This document shows positions 55,601 through 64,000 of a stretch of 64,000 bases of DNA, in pieces (position 1 is the first letter of the stretch; every line of letters starts with the position of its first letter). Source of the DNA: an uncultured Thiotrichales bacterium (GTDB taxonomy: Bacteria; Pseudomonadota; Gammaproteobacteria; HK1); contig CAZUZO010000002.1 in assembly GCA_964624765.1 (NCBI GenBank), positions 15,495-79,494 on the forward strand, read 5' to 3'. Both the position numbers and the translations under genes were made by a program. The notes below the pieces were generated by a model. It did no database searches. It was not told where the DNA came from and worked only from the letters and a program-made list of their open reading frames with translations.

Positions 55601-56733
55601 TAGACAACGACGGCCGAGGGCAGCCGGTGACTGTCGATCCGCAAACGGACATAGCGGTACTGCAGTATACGGGGGGAACGACGGGTCGACCGAAAGCGGC
55701 CATGCTCAGCCACGCCAATCTGGCGGCTAATCTGGTCCAACTACGCCGCTGGTTTCCGTGTCTAGCGGATGGGCAGGAAAGGATGCTGGCGGTGCTGCCG
55801 CTGTTTCATGTCTTCGGCATGACCCTGGCGATGAACTTGGGCCTTGCCATCGGGGCGGAACTGCTGCTGCAGCCTCGGTTTGAGCTGAGACGTCTGTTGA
55901 AGACTATCCACAGCAAACGCGCGACCCTTTTCCCCGGCATTCCGGCTTTTTACAGCGCTATCGTCGCTAGCCCCGATGCAGCCAAGTACGATCTCACGTC
56001 ACTGAAGCTTTGCTTGTCTGGCGGCGCCCGGTTGGCGCTTGCGACCAAGCGCCGCTTCGAGGAACTGGTGCGGTGCCCCCTGATCGAGGGCTACGGGCTC
56101 AGCGAAACCTCACCGGTGGCGACCTGCAACCTTGTCGGTGATGGCAATAAACCGGGGTCCATCGGCCTCCCACTTCCTGGCACCGTGATCGAGATCCGCT
56201 CATTAGATGAGCGTCGCAAGGTGCTGGCCGTGGGGCAGCGGGGCGAAATCTGCATCCGTGGCCCGCAGGTCATGGATGGCTACTGGCAACGTCCCGTGGA
56301 TACCGCGGCCACGCTGATCGACGGTTGTCTTCACACCGGTGACGTCGGTTACATGGATGACGAAGGCTATGTCTTTTTGATCGACAGGCTAAAAGATCTC
56401 ATCCTCTGCGATGGATATCACGTCTATCCACGAATGATCGAAGAAGCGATCCAGTTACATCCTGCCGTGGAAGGGGTGGCGGTGATCGGCGTGCCCGATC
56501 ACCACCGAGGTCAGGCACCGAAGGCGATGGTGAAAGTCAAGAAGGGCTATGCGCTGAGCGAAGAGACGCTACATGCTTTTCTGCAAGATAAGCTATCGCG
56601 GGTCGAGCGGCCACGGGTCATCGAATTTTGCGCTGAGCTGCCAACACTACCGATCGCCAAGCTGTCCAATACAGCGCTAATGACAGCCGAACAGCCCCGC
56701 GCCGGCGGCGATAGTACAGACATCGCGGCATGA
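52636..56733 (+). CDS. tri-domain fusion: PlsC-like acyltransferase / alpha-beta hydrolase / long-chain acyl-CoA (or acyl-ACP) synthetase
   Basis: 1365-aa ORF. The start could be ATG 52714 rather than TTG 52636. Residues about 50-300 carry acyltransferase motifs FNHFARFE and VFPEGG. Residues about 540-785 carry VVLIHGLLASP, the nucleophile elbow GFSVG, SDDPVV and DRHG. Residues about 800-1365 are AMP-binding (LQYTGGTTGRPKAAMLSH, GYGLSETS, TGDVGYMDDEGY). Confidence 0.85.
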   Translation: MKIGISVAGSKTLGPIPSHWPRLSEPMPAGPLAQSRLQISESACRWTVRAMSILRRHLGVNVRLHHREGQLETGQIFLFNHFARFETFIPQYLIYQQTGAYSRSIAAAELFAADAAFANYLMKVGAVPNNHPRLLPFLAEEILRGRKVIVFPEGGLVKDRRVLDRRGRYSIYSNSAAKRRKHHAGAAVLALVLDALKSALQAFYVAGDTRTLQHWMQQLGFGSVETLLAAVQRPTLIVPANITFYPLRAGDNALRRGFELLKKGLSESFSEELRIEGNILLERTDMDVRIGDPVSPKVLWHDWERRLAARVVRHSDSLDALFVSHTQRNRWDDGLFARQVRRYSRELRDQCMRQMYTGVTVNLSHLASRLILALLEQGTTEVPKALFHKSLYLAIKNVQPEPSLHLHDSLMQAETAGQVMAGTCTDWVEFLSWAVAAELVQVDPEHYRFLPKLTQEQAFHRVRLENPIAVYANELAPASAAVSAVDRALRAASKLDERSFAKLMFADECATYADDKQTFSQPHHQEINQQQTATESGAPYLLLPKRRGVVGVVLIHGLLASPAELRALAEKLHAAGYPIMGVRLRGHGTSPWDLNTRRWQDWLDSVHRGYQIVSALADRVCLLGFSVGADLALRYAAQQPPRLAGVAAVCPPLKFRNRNMMLVPLVHGANQLIRWSSVGDGPMPFSVNVSEHPHINYRHIPIRALRQVSRLVGEIKRHLPQVHCPVLILQASDDPVVEPSGALLIHEQLGSSLKMLYSVPADRHGILHEVTQGTYERLQGFLDSLTNPSIRHKIGRSPWWGSKHRWLRGYPHGIDWDAAIPAKPLGLIFEEAVARFASRPCIDFLGKRFTYAQIQTLVDRAANGLLALGVCRGTKVGLCLPNTPYFVICYYAVLKVGGTVVNYDPLSVARELAYQVEDSHTDIIVTVDLRQVYPKIAALIGRTRLRAVIVCRVGDVLPAVQGVLFAALKRSELASIPTDPEHIPFSDLVDNDGRGQPVTVDPQTDIAVLQYTGGTTGRPKAAMLSHANLAANLVQLRRWFPCLADGQERMLAVLPLFHVFGMTLAMNLGLAIGAELLLQPRFELRRLLKTIHSKRATLFPGIPAFYSAIVASPDAAKYDLTSLKLCLSGGARLALATKRRFEELVRCPLIEGYGLSETSPVATCNLVGDGNKPGSIGLPLPGTVIEIRSLDERRKVLAVGQRGEICIRGPQVMDGYWQRPVDTAATLIDGCLHTGDVGYMDDEGYVFLIDRLKDLILCDGYHVYPRMIEEAIQLHPAVEGVAVIGVPDHHRGQAPKAMVKVKKGYALSEETLHAFLQDKLSRVERPRVIEFCAELPTLPIAKLSNTALMTAEQPRAGGDSTDIAA

Positions 56734-56759
56734 CCAGAACTCGTAAGGAGCCTACTTTG

Positions 56760-57899
56760 ATGAAGAGTATCCTGATCGCCGACTATGTGCGCTCTCCGTT
56801 TACACAGGCCCACAAAGGGGCGCTGCATAAAGTTCGCCCCGACGAGCTCGCGGCTCAGGTGATCCGGAGCCTCTTGGCTCGGACCGGGGTCGATACCGAA
56901 ACCGTCGAGGATCTCATCGTGGGCTGCGCGTTCCCGGAGGCGGAGCAGGGGCTGAACGTCGCCCGCCTGATCGGGTTCATAGCCGATCTGCCGGTTTCGG
57001 TAGCGGCGGTGACCGTGAACCGCTTCTGCGGATCGTCCATGCAAGCGGTACACATGGCGGCCGGCGCCATCCAGATGAACGCCGGCGAGGCGTTCATCTG
57101 TGCCGGCGTGGAATCCATGAGCAGGGTACCGGTTATGGGCTTTAACCCCTTGCCGCACCCTGGTCTCTATCAGCGCTATCCGCAGGCCTATGTGAGCATG
57201 GGCGAAACCGCCGAGAACGTTGCTCGGCAATGCCAGGTGACGCGCCGCGAGCAGGAGGCCTTCGCACTCACCAGCCAGCACAAGGCAGCGGCAGCCGAAT
57301 GCAGCGGGCGTTTTGCCCAGGAAATCGTTCCTATTACCACCAGCGCCGGGCCGCGCGTCGAGCGAGATGGTTGTATTCGCGCGGACACGACACTGGAGGC
57401 TCTGGAAAAATTGAAGCCTGCCTTTGATGCCACCGGCACGGTGACCGCGGGGACCTCCTCGCCGCTCACTGACGGTGCCGCGGCGGTTCTCGTTTGCACC
57501 GAGGCATGGGCGGAGAAGAACGGTTGCCAGCCTCTGGGGCGGGTGCGGAGTATCGCCACCGCCGGTTGCCCACCGGAGCTCATGGGGCTTGGGCCGGTGG
57601 CGGCTACCCGCAAGGCGCTTGCCCGAGCCAACCTGTCGGTTGCCGATCTCGATGTGGTTGAGCTCAATGAGGCGTTTGCTTCCCAGAGTATCGCCTGCCT
57701 GCGCGAGCTCGGGATAGAGGCGTCCCGGGTCAATCTCGATGGCGGCGCCATTGCCCTCGGACACCCGCTCGGCGCCAGCGGCGCTCGGATAACCGGCAAG
57801 GCGGCGGCGTTGTTGCGGCGCGAGGGTGCCCGCTACGCTCTGGCCACCCAGTGCATCGGTGGCGGCCAAGGCATCGCCACGATTCTGGAGGCGCTTTAG
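56760..57899 (+). CDS. acetyl-CoA C-acyltransferase (3-ketoacyl-CoA thiolase)
   Basis: AAGGAG precedes ATG 56760. VNRFCGSSMQAV (active Cys), NLDGGAIALGHPLGASG, and CIGGGQG. Confidence 0.95.
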   Translation: MKSILIADYVRSPFTQAHKGALHKVRPDELAAQVIRSLLARTGVDTETVEDLIVGCAFPEAEQGLNVARLIGFIADLPVSVAAVTVNRFCGSSMQAVHMAAGAIQMNAGEAFICAGVESMSRVPVMGFNPLPHPGLYQRYPQAYVSMGETAENVARQCQVTRREQEAFALTSQHKAAAAECSGRFAQEIVPITTSAGPRVERDGCIRADTTLEALEKLKPAFDATGTVTAGTSSPLTDGAAAVLVCTEAWAEKNGCQPLGRVRSIATAGCPPELMGLGPVAATRKALARANLSVADLDVVELNEAFASQSIACLRELGIEASRVNLDGGAIALGHPLGASGARITGKAAALLRREGARYALATQCIGGGQGIATILEAL

Positions 57900-57900
57900 G

Positions 57901-60240
57901 ATGACGGCGATTCGGAAAGTGGGCGTGGTCGGCGCGGGGGTGATGGGCGCCGGCATCGCGGCTCATATCACCAACGCCGGGGTACCGGTGCTCCTGCTGG
58001 ACATCGTTGCCGAGGGTGCCGGCGACCGCAGCGCCCTGGCGGCCGAGGCGCTGGCGAGGCTTCGCAGGGCCGATCCGCCGGCCTTTATGACCCCAAGCAA
58101 TGCCGAGCTGATCACCGCCGGCAACACCGAGGACCACTTGGAACGGTTGGCCGAGTGCGACTGGATCATCGAAGCCGTGGTGGAACGCTTGGAGGTAAAA
58201 CGCGTCCTCTACGGGAAGATCCACGCGGTGCGTAAACCGGGCTCCATCGTTTCCTCCAACACCTCCACGTTGCCGCTTGCGCTGCTGACCGGTGGCTTGC
58301 CACAGGCATTTAGCCGCGATTTCCTCATCACCCATTTTTTCAACCCACCCCGCTACCTGCGCCTGCTGGAGCTCGTCACCGGTCCGCAAACGGGGGCGAA
58401 ACCTGCCGCCATGATCCGCGAGTTTGCCGATGTGGCGCTCGGCAAGGCAGTGATCGACTGCCACGACACGCCCGGCTTCATCGCCAATCGGATCGGTATC
58501 TTTTGGTTGCAATGCGCGGTCACCGAGGCTATCGACGGCGGATTGACCGTCGAGGAAGCCGATGCAGTGCTCAGCCGCCCGGTAGGGATCCCGAAAACCG
58601 GCGTATTCGGTCTGCTCGACCTGGTGGGCCTGGATCTGATGCCCGAGACGCTCGCCAGCATGGCCAAGGCGCTGCCCCAGAGTGACCATTTCCACTCCAT
58701 TCTGCGCGAGCCCGAGCTGGTGCGAAGGATGATCGCCGAAGGCTATACTGGTCGCAAAGGCAAGGGGGGCTTCTATCGTCTCAACACTTCCTCCGGCAAA
58801 CGGGTCAAAGAAGCCATCGACCTGCATGCCGGCAGTTACCGCCCCACCGCCGAGCCCCGTCTCGAGAGCCTCAGCGCCGCCCGGGCCGGTGGGCTTCGGG
58901 CGCTGCTAGAGCACACCGACAAAGGCGGGCGCTACGCCTGGCGGGTGCTGTCCCGAACACTGAGTTACGCCGCCTCTTTGGTGCCGGAGATTGCCGACGA
59001 TGTGGTGGCCATCGATAGCGCCATGCGGCTCGGCTACCATTGGAAGCACGGTCCCTTCGAACTCATCGACCAGTTAGGACCCTCCTGGTTGGCGCAGCGC
59101 TTGGCAGCCGAAGGCCAAGCAGTACCGGTGCTCCTGCAAGCAGCGGCTAAGGCCGATGGCCAGGGTTTCTACCGCGTCCGCGACGGCCATCTGCAGTACC
59201 TCGGCACGGATCATAGCTATCATCGCGTCAAGCGCCCGACGGGCGTGGCGCTGCTCGCTGACCTCAAACGATGCTCGCAACCGTTGCTCAGCAATGCGTC
59301 CGCGAGCCTCTGGGATGTCGGCGACGGGATCGCTTGTTTCGAGTTTCACACCAAGATGAATGCCATCGACCCTGGTGTTCTGGAGTTGTTGGAACAAACG
59401 CTGCGGGTCGTGCCCGAGCGGGGTGACCGTGCTCTGATCATCTATAACGAAGGGAGGCACTTTTCCGTGGGGGCGAACTTGGGACTCGCCCTGTTTGCCG
59501 CCAACATCGCCGCCTGGTCGGATATCGATGCCATCGTCCGTCGCGGCCAGGCAGTCTATCAAGCGCTCAAGTACGCGCCCTTTCCGGTGGTCGGTGCGCC
59601 CGCCGGTATAGCCCTCGGCGGAGGTTGCGAGATCTTGTTGCACTGCGATGCGATCCAAGCCCATGCGGAGAGCTACCTGGGTCTGGTCGAGGTAGGGGTT
59701 GGATTGGTGCCGGCATGGGGGGGGTGCACGGAACTGTTGCGGCGCTGGATGGCAGATGAGCACCGCCCGCGGGGACCGATGCCGCCGGTGGCGAAGGCTT
59801 TCGAGATCATCAGCCTGGCGAGCGTCGCCAAATCGGCAGCGGAAGCCAAGGCACTGTTGTTTTTGCGCAACGGGGATGGCATCACCATGAACCGAGATCG
59901 GCTGCTGGCGGATGCGAAGGCCAAAGCACTGGAGCTGGCGCGAGGCTACAGGCCGCCGCCAAGGCCTGAATTCACGCTCCCCGGCGAATCCGGCCGTATC
60001 GCGCTTGACCTCGCCCTGGATAATTTTCATCGCCTCGGTAAGGCGACACCCCACGATGTCGTGGTGTGCAGGCAGCTGGCACAGGTGCTCACCGGTGGGG
60101 AGACCGACATGACGGAAACCGTCTCCGAGGAGGCGCTGCGGGCCCTCGAGCGCGAGAGCTTTAGCCAGCTGGTGCGGCATCCGGCGACGCTGGCGCGCAT
60201 CGAGCACATGCTGGCAACCGGTAAGCCTTTGAGGAACTGA
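57901..60240 (+). CDS. bifunctional 3-hydroxyacyl-CoA dehydrogenase / enoyl-CoA hydratase family protein (dehydrogenase domain N-terminal)
   Basis: VGVVGAGVMGAGIA Rossmann motif and 3HCDH domain, followed by a crotonase-like domain (ALIIYNEGRHFSVGANLG...GGGCEILLHCD). The ATG directly follows the thiolase TAG. Confidence 0.9.
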   Translation: MTAIRKVGVVGAGVMGAGIAAHITNAGVPVLLLDIVAEGAGDRSALAAEALARLRRADPPAFMTPSNAELITAGNTEDHLERLAECDWIIEAVVERLEVKRVLYGKIHAVRKPGSIVSSNTSTLPLALLTGGLPQAFSRDFLITHFFNPPRYLRLLELVTGPQTGAKPAAMIREFADVALGKAVIDCHDTPGFIANRIGIFWLQCAVTEAIDGGLTVEEADAVLSRPVGIPKTGVFGLLDLVGLDLMPETLASMAKALPQSDHFHSILREPELVRRMIAEGYTGRKGKGGFYRLNTSSGKRVKEAIDLHAGSYRPTAEPRLESLSAARAGGLRALLEHTDKGGRYAWRVLSRTLSYAASLVPEIADDVVAIDSAMRLGYHWKHGPFELIDQLGPSWLAQRLAAEGQAVPVLLQAAAKADGQGFYRVRDGHLQYLGTDHSYHRVKRPTGVALLADLKRCSQPLLSNASASLWDVGDGIACFEFHTKMNAIDPGVLELLEQTLRVVPERGDRALIIYNEGRHFSVGANLGLALFAANIAAWSDIDAIVRRGQAVYQALKYAPFPVVGAPAGIALGGGCEILLHCDAIQAHAESYLGLVEVGVGLVPAWGGCTELLRRWMADEHRPRGPMPPVAKAFEIISLASVAKSAAEAKALLFLRNGDGITMNRDRLLADAKAKALELARGYRPPPRPEFTLPGESGRIALDLALDNFHRLGKATPHDVVVCRQLAQVLTGGETDMTETVSEEALRALERESFSQLVRHPATLARIEHMLATGKPLRN

Positions 60241-60242
60241 GG

Positions 60243-62027
60243 ATGGTGGAATACCGAGCGCCGCTACGGGACATGCGATTCGTCTGGGGGGAGTTGTTCA
60301 GCCTCGGGCCATTGCAGCAGCTACCCGGTTACGAGGAGGTGACTCCGGATCTGGTGGAGGCGATCTTACAAGAAGCGGCGAGATTCTGTGAAAAGGAGCT
60401 CGCACCCCTCAACCGCAGCGGTGAACGAGAGGGGTGCCGTTTAGAAAACGGCGTGGTACGCACCCCTAAAGGGTTTCGGGAAGCCTACCGGGCGTTTGTC
60501 GAGGGAGGCTGGGGCGCCTTGAATTGCGCGCCAGAATACGGTGGCCAAGGCCTTCCCCACACCGTGCACGTCCTGGTCGAGGAGATGATGTGCTCCAGCA
60601 ATCTTGCCTTCAGTCTCTATCCCGGCTTAACCCACGGGGCTTATGTGGCTCTGGAGCGTTTCGGCAGTCGCGAACTTCAGGCCATCTATTTGCCGAAGCT
60701 GGCCTCTGGAGCCTGGAGCGGCACCATGTGTTTGACCGAACCGCAAGCGGGGACCGACCTCGGTCTCTGCCGGACCCGGGCGGTGCCGCAAGAAGACGGT
60801 CGCTATCGGGTCACGGGAACGAAGATCTTCATCTCTGCCGGGGAACACGATCTGACGGAAAACATCATCCATCTGGTGTTGGCTCGGACGCCGGGAGCGC
60901 CGCCGGGTACCCAAGGCATCAGCGTATTCCTGGTGCCGAAATTCTTGCCCACCGCAACCGAGCCTGTCGGTGCGCGAAACTCTGTGCTTTGTGGCGCCCT
61001 CGAGGACAAGATGGGCCTGCACGGGGCCGCTACCTGTGTGCTGCATTTTGAGGACGCCCAAGGGTTCCTGGTGGGCGAGGTCAACAAGGGCATGCGGGCC
61101 ATGTTTTCCATGATGAACAAGGAGCGCCTGGCGGTCGGGATCCAGGGGCTCGGGCTTGCAGAGATCGCTTACCAAGGGGCTGCCCGCTATGCCCGAGAAC
61201 GGCTCCAGGGGCGTAGCCCGGCCGGTGCTCAGCACCCGCACAAGCCGGCCGATCCCATCATCGTGCATCCTGATGTGCGGCGCATGCTGCTCACCATGCG
61301 AGCCTATATCGAAGCCTCGCGGGCACTGGCCGTGTGGGTGGCGATGGCCCTGGATCGGGCCAGCCGGCACGCTGATCCCAGCCAACGCCAGGAGGCAAGC
61401 GATTTGGTTGCTCTGCTGACGCCGGTGGTGAAAGCCTTGTTCACCGACCTCGGCTTTGAAGTCACCAACCTCGGTCTTCAGGTGTTTGGCGGCCACGGTT
61501 ACATTCGCGATTATGGCATGGAGCAATTCGTGCGCGATGCCCGCGTCAGCCAGCTGTATGAAGGCACCAATGGGATTCAAGGGCTGGATCTGGTGGGGCG
61601 CAAACTTCCCGCTCACACCGGCCGTTATCTGCGGCGGTTCTTTCACCCGGTTTTTCACTTCATCGAGACCCATCGCGCCGACGACCGCCTGAAAGAGTTC
61701 ATCGGGCCGTTGGAGAAGGCGTTCGTTCGGCTCCAGCGGGCCACCGGATTCATTGCCGAACAGGGCCTTCGAGACCCCGAGGAGGCCGCTGCCGCCGCCA
61801 CCGACTACCTGCGGCTGTTTGGTTTAGTGGCGTTGGCCTATCTTTGGGCGCGCATGGCGCAGGTGGCGCTGGAAAAACAAGCCGAGGACGAAGCCGGTTT
61901 CTACGCCGCTAAACTCGCCACCGCACGCTTTTTCATGGTTCGCCTCCTGCCCCAGAGCGGAAGTCTGCTGGCCGCCATCCTGGCCGGCAAGGAGTCGGTG
62001 ATGGCGTTGGAGGAATCGGCCTTCTGA
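60243..62027 (+). CDS. acyl-CoA dehydrogenase (long, about 590-aa type with extra C-terminal domain)
   Basis: GTMCLTEPQAGTDL, FISAGEHD, GGHGYIRDYGMEQFVRDARVSQLYEGTNGIQ. Confidence 0.9.
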   Translation: MVEYRAPLRDMRFVWGELFSLGPLQQLPGYEEVTPDLVEAILQEAARFCEKELAPLNRSGEREGCRLENGVVRTPKGFREAYRAFVEGGWGALNCAPEYGGQGLPHTVHVLVEEMMCSSNLAFSLYPGLTHGAYVALERFGSRELQAIYLPKLASGAWSGTMCLTEPQAGTDLGLCRTRAVPQEDGRYRVTGTKIFISAGEHDLTENIIHLVLARTPGAPPGTQGISVFLVPKFLPTATEPVGARNSVLCGALEDKMGLHGAATCVLHFEDAQGFLVGEVNKGMRAMFSMMNKERLAVGIQGLGLAEIAYQGAARYARERLQGRSPAGAQHPHKPADPIIVHPDVRRMLLTMRAYIEASRALAVWVAMALDRASRHADPSQRQEASDLVALLTPVVKALFTDLGFEVTNLGLQVFGGHGYIRDYGMEQFVRDARVSQLYEGTNGIQGLDLVGRKLPAHTGRYLRRFFHPVFHFIETHRADDRLKEFIGPLEKAFVRLQRATGFIAEQGLRDPEEAAAAATDYLRLFGLVALAYLWARMAQVALEKQAEDEAGFYAAKLATARFFMVRLLPQSGSLLAAILAGKESVMALEESAF

Positions 62028-62299
62028 GGGATTGAACCTCCTGACCAGGTGGCCCGTTAGCGGCGGGGGTCGGAAAGTCGCGAAGAGTGTGAAAGACATC
62101 GGTTACGCTTGGGACATCGCACGATGCGAGCGCTGGCCGGCTTGCAGCCCGCATGCGCCGTCGGTGAGTGGACAGTCAAGACCCACGCCTTTTTGAGGGA
62201 TCGGATGGTGACCGAGAGGGTCGATCCGCTTGTCAGCTGCCGGCACCAGGAGGCCTTTCGGCCCCTGGTTTACCCCCTACTATCGGATACTTCGAGTCG

Positions 62300-62533
62300 T
62301 TATGAACCATAAACCCGGTTGTCCGTCCCCGCATCACCCCCTTGCGCGCTGGCGGAAGCGTCCTGGTCGGGGTTGGACTGGCTCGCTTCATTCCCGCCGG
62401 TGTCGAAGGGAAAGCCGGGGGGCATCGGAGCCAACCCGGCCCCTGCATTAAATGCCGGGTTGCCGTAGCCTGGCGGGGTGGAGCCTGCTGATTGGGTGGA
62501 CATCGCATCACCACCACTTTTTCTGTCAGTCAT
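62300..62533 (-). CDS. hypothetical small Gly/Pro/Asp-rich protein (77 aa)
   Basis: GAGAGG lies 8 nt upstream of the ATG, and third positions are GC-rich. No family recognised. Confidence 0.4.
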   Translation of the reverse strand: MTDRKSGGDAMSTQSAGSTPPGYGNPAFNAGAGLAPMPPGFPFDTGGNEASQSNPDQDASASAQGGDAGTDNRVYGS

Positions 62534-62865
62534 GAGCTTGCCTCTCTGTTGCTTCAGGGTGAGAAGATATTATCCCGACGCCGAACGAGTCGCACGGAAA
62601 TATTGCCGGTCGGGGTGCGACACATTAACGGCGGTACAGACCGGCTTCGGTTATCCCACAAGCGAAGTTCATGGCTGCCGGGAGGACGTACTCTTATCTC
62701 AAATTGCCTACTACATGAAACACTGTGGTAGGAGTTCGGAAACCTGGGGGGAGTGATATCCAGGCGGCCCAGGGCACGTCAGTTTTCGTGCACAGGATCA
62801 ATGCATTGCAGACGGGTTGCGCTATAGGCCGCCAGGACAAATTGGACTTTGGGCCATCGATTGCG

Positions 62866-63816
62866 ATGGTTCTGGCGGTGCTGCTGTTCGGCTGCGGGAA
62901 CGAAGACAATGTGGCCGTGGGCACGCTGGAGTGGGATCGTGTGGAGCTTATCGCGGAAGCTTCCGAGCCCATTGTGGAGATTACGGTCAAGGAGGGTTCA
63001 TCTGTCGGTCAAGGCGATGTCTTACTCAGCCTCGATGATCGCCGGCTGCAGGCCCAGTTCGACGAGGCCCAAGCCGTTTCTGCAGAAGCCCGTGCAAAGC
63101 TAGCAGAGCTGGAGAGAGGGCCCCGGCATGAGCACATCGCGGAAGCGCAGGCGCGTCTGCAAGGCGCGCAAGATGCACTGGCGGTGCGCAGCCGCGAGCT
63201 GCAGCGTATCCAGCGGCTCGAGCAGAGCTTGCTGGCGAGCCCGGAACAGCTGGATACGGCTCGCAGGCACCGGAATGCGGCGCTTGCACAACGGGATCAA
63301 GCCCGCGCCGTGCTGGAAGAGCTGCAAACAGGCACCACCGAGGAGGAGCTGGATCAGGCGCGCCACCGTTTAGCACAGGCTGAAGCAGCGGTACGTGCCC
63401 TGCGGATCTCCCTTGAGCGTCTCACGGTACGGGCACCGGTTAATGGACGGGTGGATGATCTACCCTACGACCTCGGTGCGCAGCCCCAAAGCGGCGACGT
63501 TGTCGCCGTGATGCTGGCGGGCGATCGGCCGTATGCGCGCGTCTACATACCAGAGCACCTACGGGTACACATCAGGCCCGGCATGCCGGCCCGAGTCGCC
63601 GTCGACGGCATGGTGCAGCCATTCGAAGGAATCGTGCGCAAGGTGGCGAGCGATCCCACCTTTACCCCCTACTTTGCCCTCACCGAGCACGATCGCGGTC
63701 GGCTCAGTTATCTTGCTGAAATCGATCTCGAGAGCCCCGACCCGGATCTGCCAGCGGGTATTCCCGTTGAGGCCAGCTTTCCCAGCGCGCCCATCACTGT
63801 GCCGGAGCCACCTTGA
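62866..63816 (+). CDS. HlyD-family periplasmic adaptor (ABC-type efflux, YbhG-like), probable lipoprotein
   Basis: LLFGC lipobox. Lipoyl-like segment ([20 protein letters not shown]) and a long coiled coil. The start is uncertain (track 62725, TTG 62842, ATG 62866). Confidence 0.8.
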   Translation: MVLAVLLFGCGNEDNVAVGTLEWDRVELIAEASEPIVEITVKEGSSVGQGDVLLSLDDRRLQAQFDEAQAVSAEARAKLAELERGPRHEHIAEAQARLQGAQDALAVRSRELQRIQRLEQSLLASPEQLDTARRHRNAALAQRDQARAVLEELQTGTTEEELDQARHRLAQAEAAVRALRISLERLTVRAPVNGRVDDLPYDLGAQPQSGDVVAVMLAGDRPYARVYIPEHLRVHIRPGMPARVAVDGMVQPFEGIVRKVASDPTFTPYFALTEHDRGRLSYLAEIDLESPDPDLPAGIPVEASFPSAPITVPEPP

Positions 63817-64000
63817 GCGCTGACTACGCCATCGAAGCTCACCAGCTGACTCGCCGCTTTGGTGGAGTGACGGCGGTCGACCATATCGATCTCAAAGTCC
63901 CCCGGGCACAGATCTACGGTTTCCTGGGGCCGAACGGATCAGGCAAATCCACGACCATCCGTATGCTCTGCGGACTGCTGATGCCGTCGGAGGGCGAGGC
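63813..64000 (+). CDS. ABC transporter ATP-binding protein (N-terminal part, runs off the right edge)
   Basis: Not in the track. Manual translation from TTG 63813, which overlaps the HlyD stop (TTGA), gives [56 protein letters not shown], containing Walker A. Confidence 0.85.
   Translation, partial: MSADYAIEAHQLTRRFGGVTAVDHIDLKVPRAQIYGFLGPNGSGKSTTIRMLCGLLMPSEGE

Noticed and set aside
56547-57956. Long antisense or out-of-frame ORFs in the track. Examples are 56547-57956 (469 aa), 57730-58827, 59074-60207, 60627-61673, 54901-55740, 24505-25356, 9022-9954, 32661-33323, 1386-2045 and 28008-28709.
   Set aside because: Each lies inside, and opposite or out of frame to, a gene with clear family motifs. 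Their translations are Arg/Gly/Pro/Ala-rich low-complexity sequences, typical of shadow ORFs in high-GC DNA.

Overview
High-GC (roughly 60%) bacterial chromosomal segment. Gene content and synteny (miaB-phoH/ybeZ-ybeY-corC-lnt, ftsYEX, rsmD-coaD, mutM, prfC) point to a gammaproteobacterium, and a phosphoribulokinase gene hints at an autotroph. There are about 50 credible protein genes, mostly housekeeping: cstA (partial), wrbA, DUF427+egtB, an RND efflux pair, DUF4139, a radical SAM enzyme, a YcgR-like PilZ protein, hspQ, prk, cobS/cobT, an ABC-2 exporter, HAD, moaD, a Ser/Thr kinase fused to a cNMP-binding domain, a co-directional four-gene uncharacterised cluster, two M16 peptidases, slp, a NupC-type transporter, and a beta-oxidation operon led by a 1365-aa acyltransferase / alpha-beta-hydrolase / acyl-CoA-synthetase fusion. 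I recognised no rRNA, tRNA or CRISPR array. The unusual signal is in the non-coding DNA. About 15 of the 22 intergenic gaps longer than 65 bp carry copies of a family of structured inverted-repeat (MITE/REP-like) elements. These fall into two related subtypes (type 1, 143 or about 216 bp; type 2, about 121-150 bp), plus one hybrid and one mini copy. Complete copies have 17-18 bp terminal inverted repeats and mostly T-N-A flanking direct repeats. Stems show compensatory changes between copies. Several copies abut stop or start codons exactly. A third, unrelated short repeat (core CTGCCGAAACGATGACCATGGCC) is also scattered through intergenic DNA. Two decayed gene remnants are present: a pyridine nucleotide-disulfide oxidoreductase fragment and an integron-integrase-like tyrosine recombinase fragment. 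All family assignments come from motif recognition by eye; no database search was possible.
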